Source: Squalus acanthias
Lineage: Eukaryota
Assembly (NCBI GenBank): GCA_030390025.1
Contig: CM059431.1
Coordinates: forward strand, 140,618,001-140,682,000
Direction of reading: 5' to 3'
Length of the DNA stretch: 64,000 nucleotides
The translations under genes were made by a program, and so were the position numbers. Positions 62,225 through 64,000 of this stretch are shown piece after piece. The stretch's first letter is position 1; every line of letters begins with the position of its first letter. The notes beneath the pieces are model-generated. The model did no database searches. It saw only the letters and a list, made by a program, of their open reading frames with translations, and was not told where the DNA came from.

Positions 62225-64000
62225 CTACCAGTGTGGAGTCAGACTCTGTAACAAGTGTCCCTGTGTACAGTGTGTGTCTATCCCAGTGAGGAGTCGAAGT
62301 CTGTAACAAGTGTCCCTGTGTACAGTGTGTGTCTCTCCCAGTGAGGAGTCGGACCCTGTAGCAAGTGTCCCTGTGTACAGTGTGTGTCTCTCCCAGTGAG
62401 GCGTCCGACTCTGTAACAAGTTTCCCTGTGTACAGTGTGTGTCTCTCCCAGCGAGGAGTCAGACTCTATAAAAAGTGTCCCTGTGTACAGTGTGTGTCTC
62501 TCCCAGTGAGGAGTCAGACTCTGTAACAAGTGTCCCTGTGTACAGTGTGTGTCTCTCCCAGTGAGGAGTCAGACTCTGCAACAAATGTCCCTGTGTACAG
62601 TGTGTCTCGCCCAGTGAGGAGTCAGACTCTTTAACAAGTGTCCCTGTGTACAGTGTGTGTATCTCCCAGTGAGGAGTCAGACTCTGTAACAAGTGTCCCT
62701 GTGTACAGTGTGTCTCTCCCAGTGTGGAGTCAGGATCTGTAACAAGTGTCCCTGTGTACAGTGTATGTCTCTCCCAGTGAGGAGTCAGACTCTGTAACAA
62801 GTGTCCCTGTGTAAAATATCTGTCTCCCCCAGTAAGGAGTCAGACTCTGTAACAAGTATCCCTGTGTACAGTGAGTGTCTCCCCCAGTGAGGAGTCAGAC
62901 TCTGTAACAAGTGTCCCTGTGTACAGTGTGTGTGTCTCCCAGTGAGTAGTCAGACTCCGTAACAAGTGTCCCTGTGTACAGTGTGTGTCTCTCCCAGTTA
63001 CGAGTCGAACTCTGCAACAAGTGTCCCTGTGTACAGTGTGTGTCTCTTCCAGTGATATATCCGAATGTATGACAAGTTTCCCTGTGTACATTGTGTGTCT
63101 CTCCCAGTGAAGAGTCAGACTATGTAACAAGTGTCCCTGTGTACTGTGTGTGTCTCTCCCAGTGAGTATTCAGACTGTGTAACAAGTTTCCCGGTGTACA
63201 GTGTGTGTCTCTCCCAGTGAGGAGTCAGACTCTGTAACAAGTGTCCCTGTGTTTTGTGTGTTCCCCTCCCAGTGTAGATTCAGACTCTGTAATATGTGTC
63301 CCTGTGTCCATTGCGTGTCTCTCCCAGTGAGGATTCGGTCTCTATAACAATTGTCCCTGCGTACGGTATGTGTCTCTGCCAGTGTGGAGTCGGACTCTGC
63401 AACAAGTGTCCCTGTGTACTGTGTGTGTCTCTCCCAGTGAGGAGTCAGACTCTGCAACAAGTGTCCCTGTGTTCTGTGTGTTCCCCTCCCAATGTAGATT
63501 CAGACTCTGTAACATGTGTCCCTTTGTCCATTGCGTGTCTCTACCAGTGAGGATTCGGACTCTATAACAATTGTCCCTGCGTACGGTATGTGTCTATCCA
63601 AGTGAGGAGTCGCAGTCTGTAACAAGTGTCCCTGTGTACAGTGTGTGGCTCTCCCAACGAGGAGTCAGCCTCTGTAACAAGTGTTCCTGTGTACTGTGTG
63701 TTTGTCTCCTCGTGAGTAGTTGGAGTCTGAAACAAGTGCACCTGTGTACAGTGTGTGTCTCTCCCAGTGAGGAGTCAGACTCTGTAACAAGTGTCCCTGT
63801 GTACAGTGTCTGTCTCTCCCAGTGAGGAGTCAGACTCTGTAACAAATGTCACTGTGTACAGTTTATGTCTCTCCAAGTGAGAAGTCAGACTCTGTAACAA
63901 GTGTCCCTGTGTACAGTGTGTGTCTCTCCCACTGAGGAGTCGGACCCTGTAGCAAGTGTCCCTGTGTACAGTGTGTGTCTCTCCCAGTGAGGCGTCCGAC
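62225..64000. repeat. Minisatellite, 55-bp unit, at least 32 copies, runs off the window
   Basis: gtgaggagtcagactctgtaacaagtgtccctgtgtacagtgtgtgtctctccca. Confidence 0.97.

Noticed and set aside
10722..64000. Tandem arrays as CRISPR arrays
   Set aside because: Head-to-tail units with no unique spacers, no cas genes, and a vertebrate context.

Overview
This is eukaryotic DNA, very probably from a cartilaginous fish (shark-type CR1/L2 LINEs, Deu-domain SINEs and NLR genes). No prokaryotic features are present. (1) Minus strand, 20308 to 1152: a 7-exon gene reconstructed by hand from GT-AG splice sites with consistent phases. It encodes a signal peptide plus a transcobalamin/haptocorrin/intrinsic-factor-type cobalamin-binding alpha domain, spliced in frame to one 5.65-kb mucin-like Thr/Pro/Val repeat exon (about 2197 aa in total). 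No beta domain is seen before the stop, and PTS-coding repeats continue in decayed form to the window edge. (2) Minus strand, 49680 to 34145: a 13-coding-exon CARD-like/NACHT/LRR (NLR) gene, intact apart from one TGA inside NACHT, with tandemly amplified 171-nt LRR exons. (3) 50328-52604: a young, 5'-truncated Penelope-like retroelement (RT + GIY-YIG) with an inverted pseudo-LTR and two minimal hammerhead-ribozyme motifs, next to the NLR CpG promoter. (4) Plus strand, 58163-60099: the LRR-coding 3' half of an inverted NLR paralogue, beyond a 500-N assembly gap. The rest is LINE/SINE/MITE debris and at least eight minisatellites. The source monomer of three of these can be traced within the window. 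All coordinates were read by eye, and repeat boundaries are approximate.
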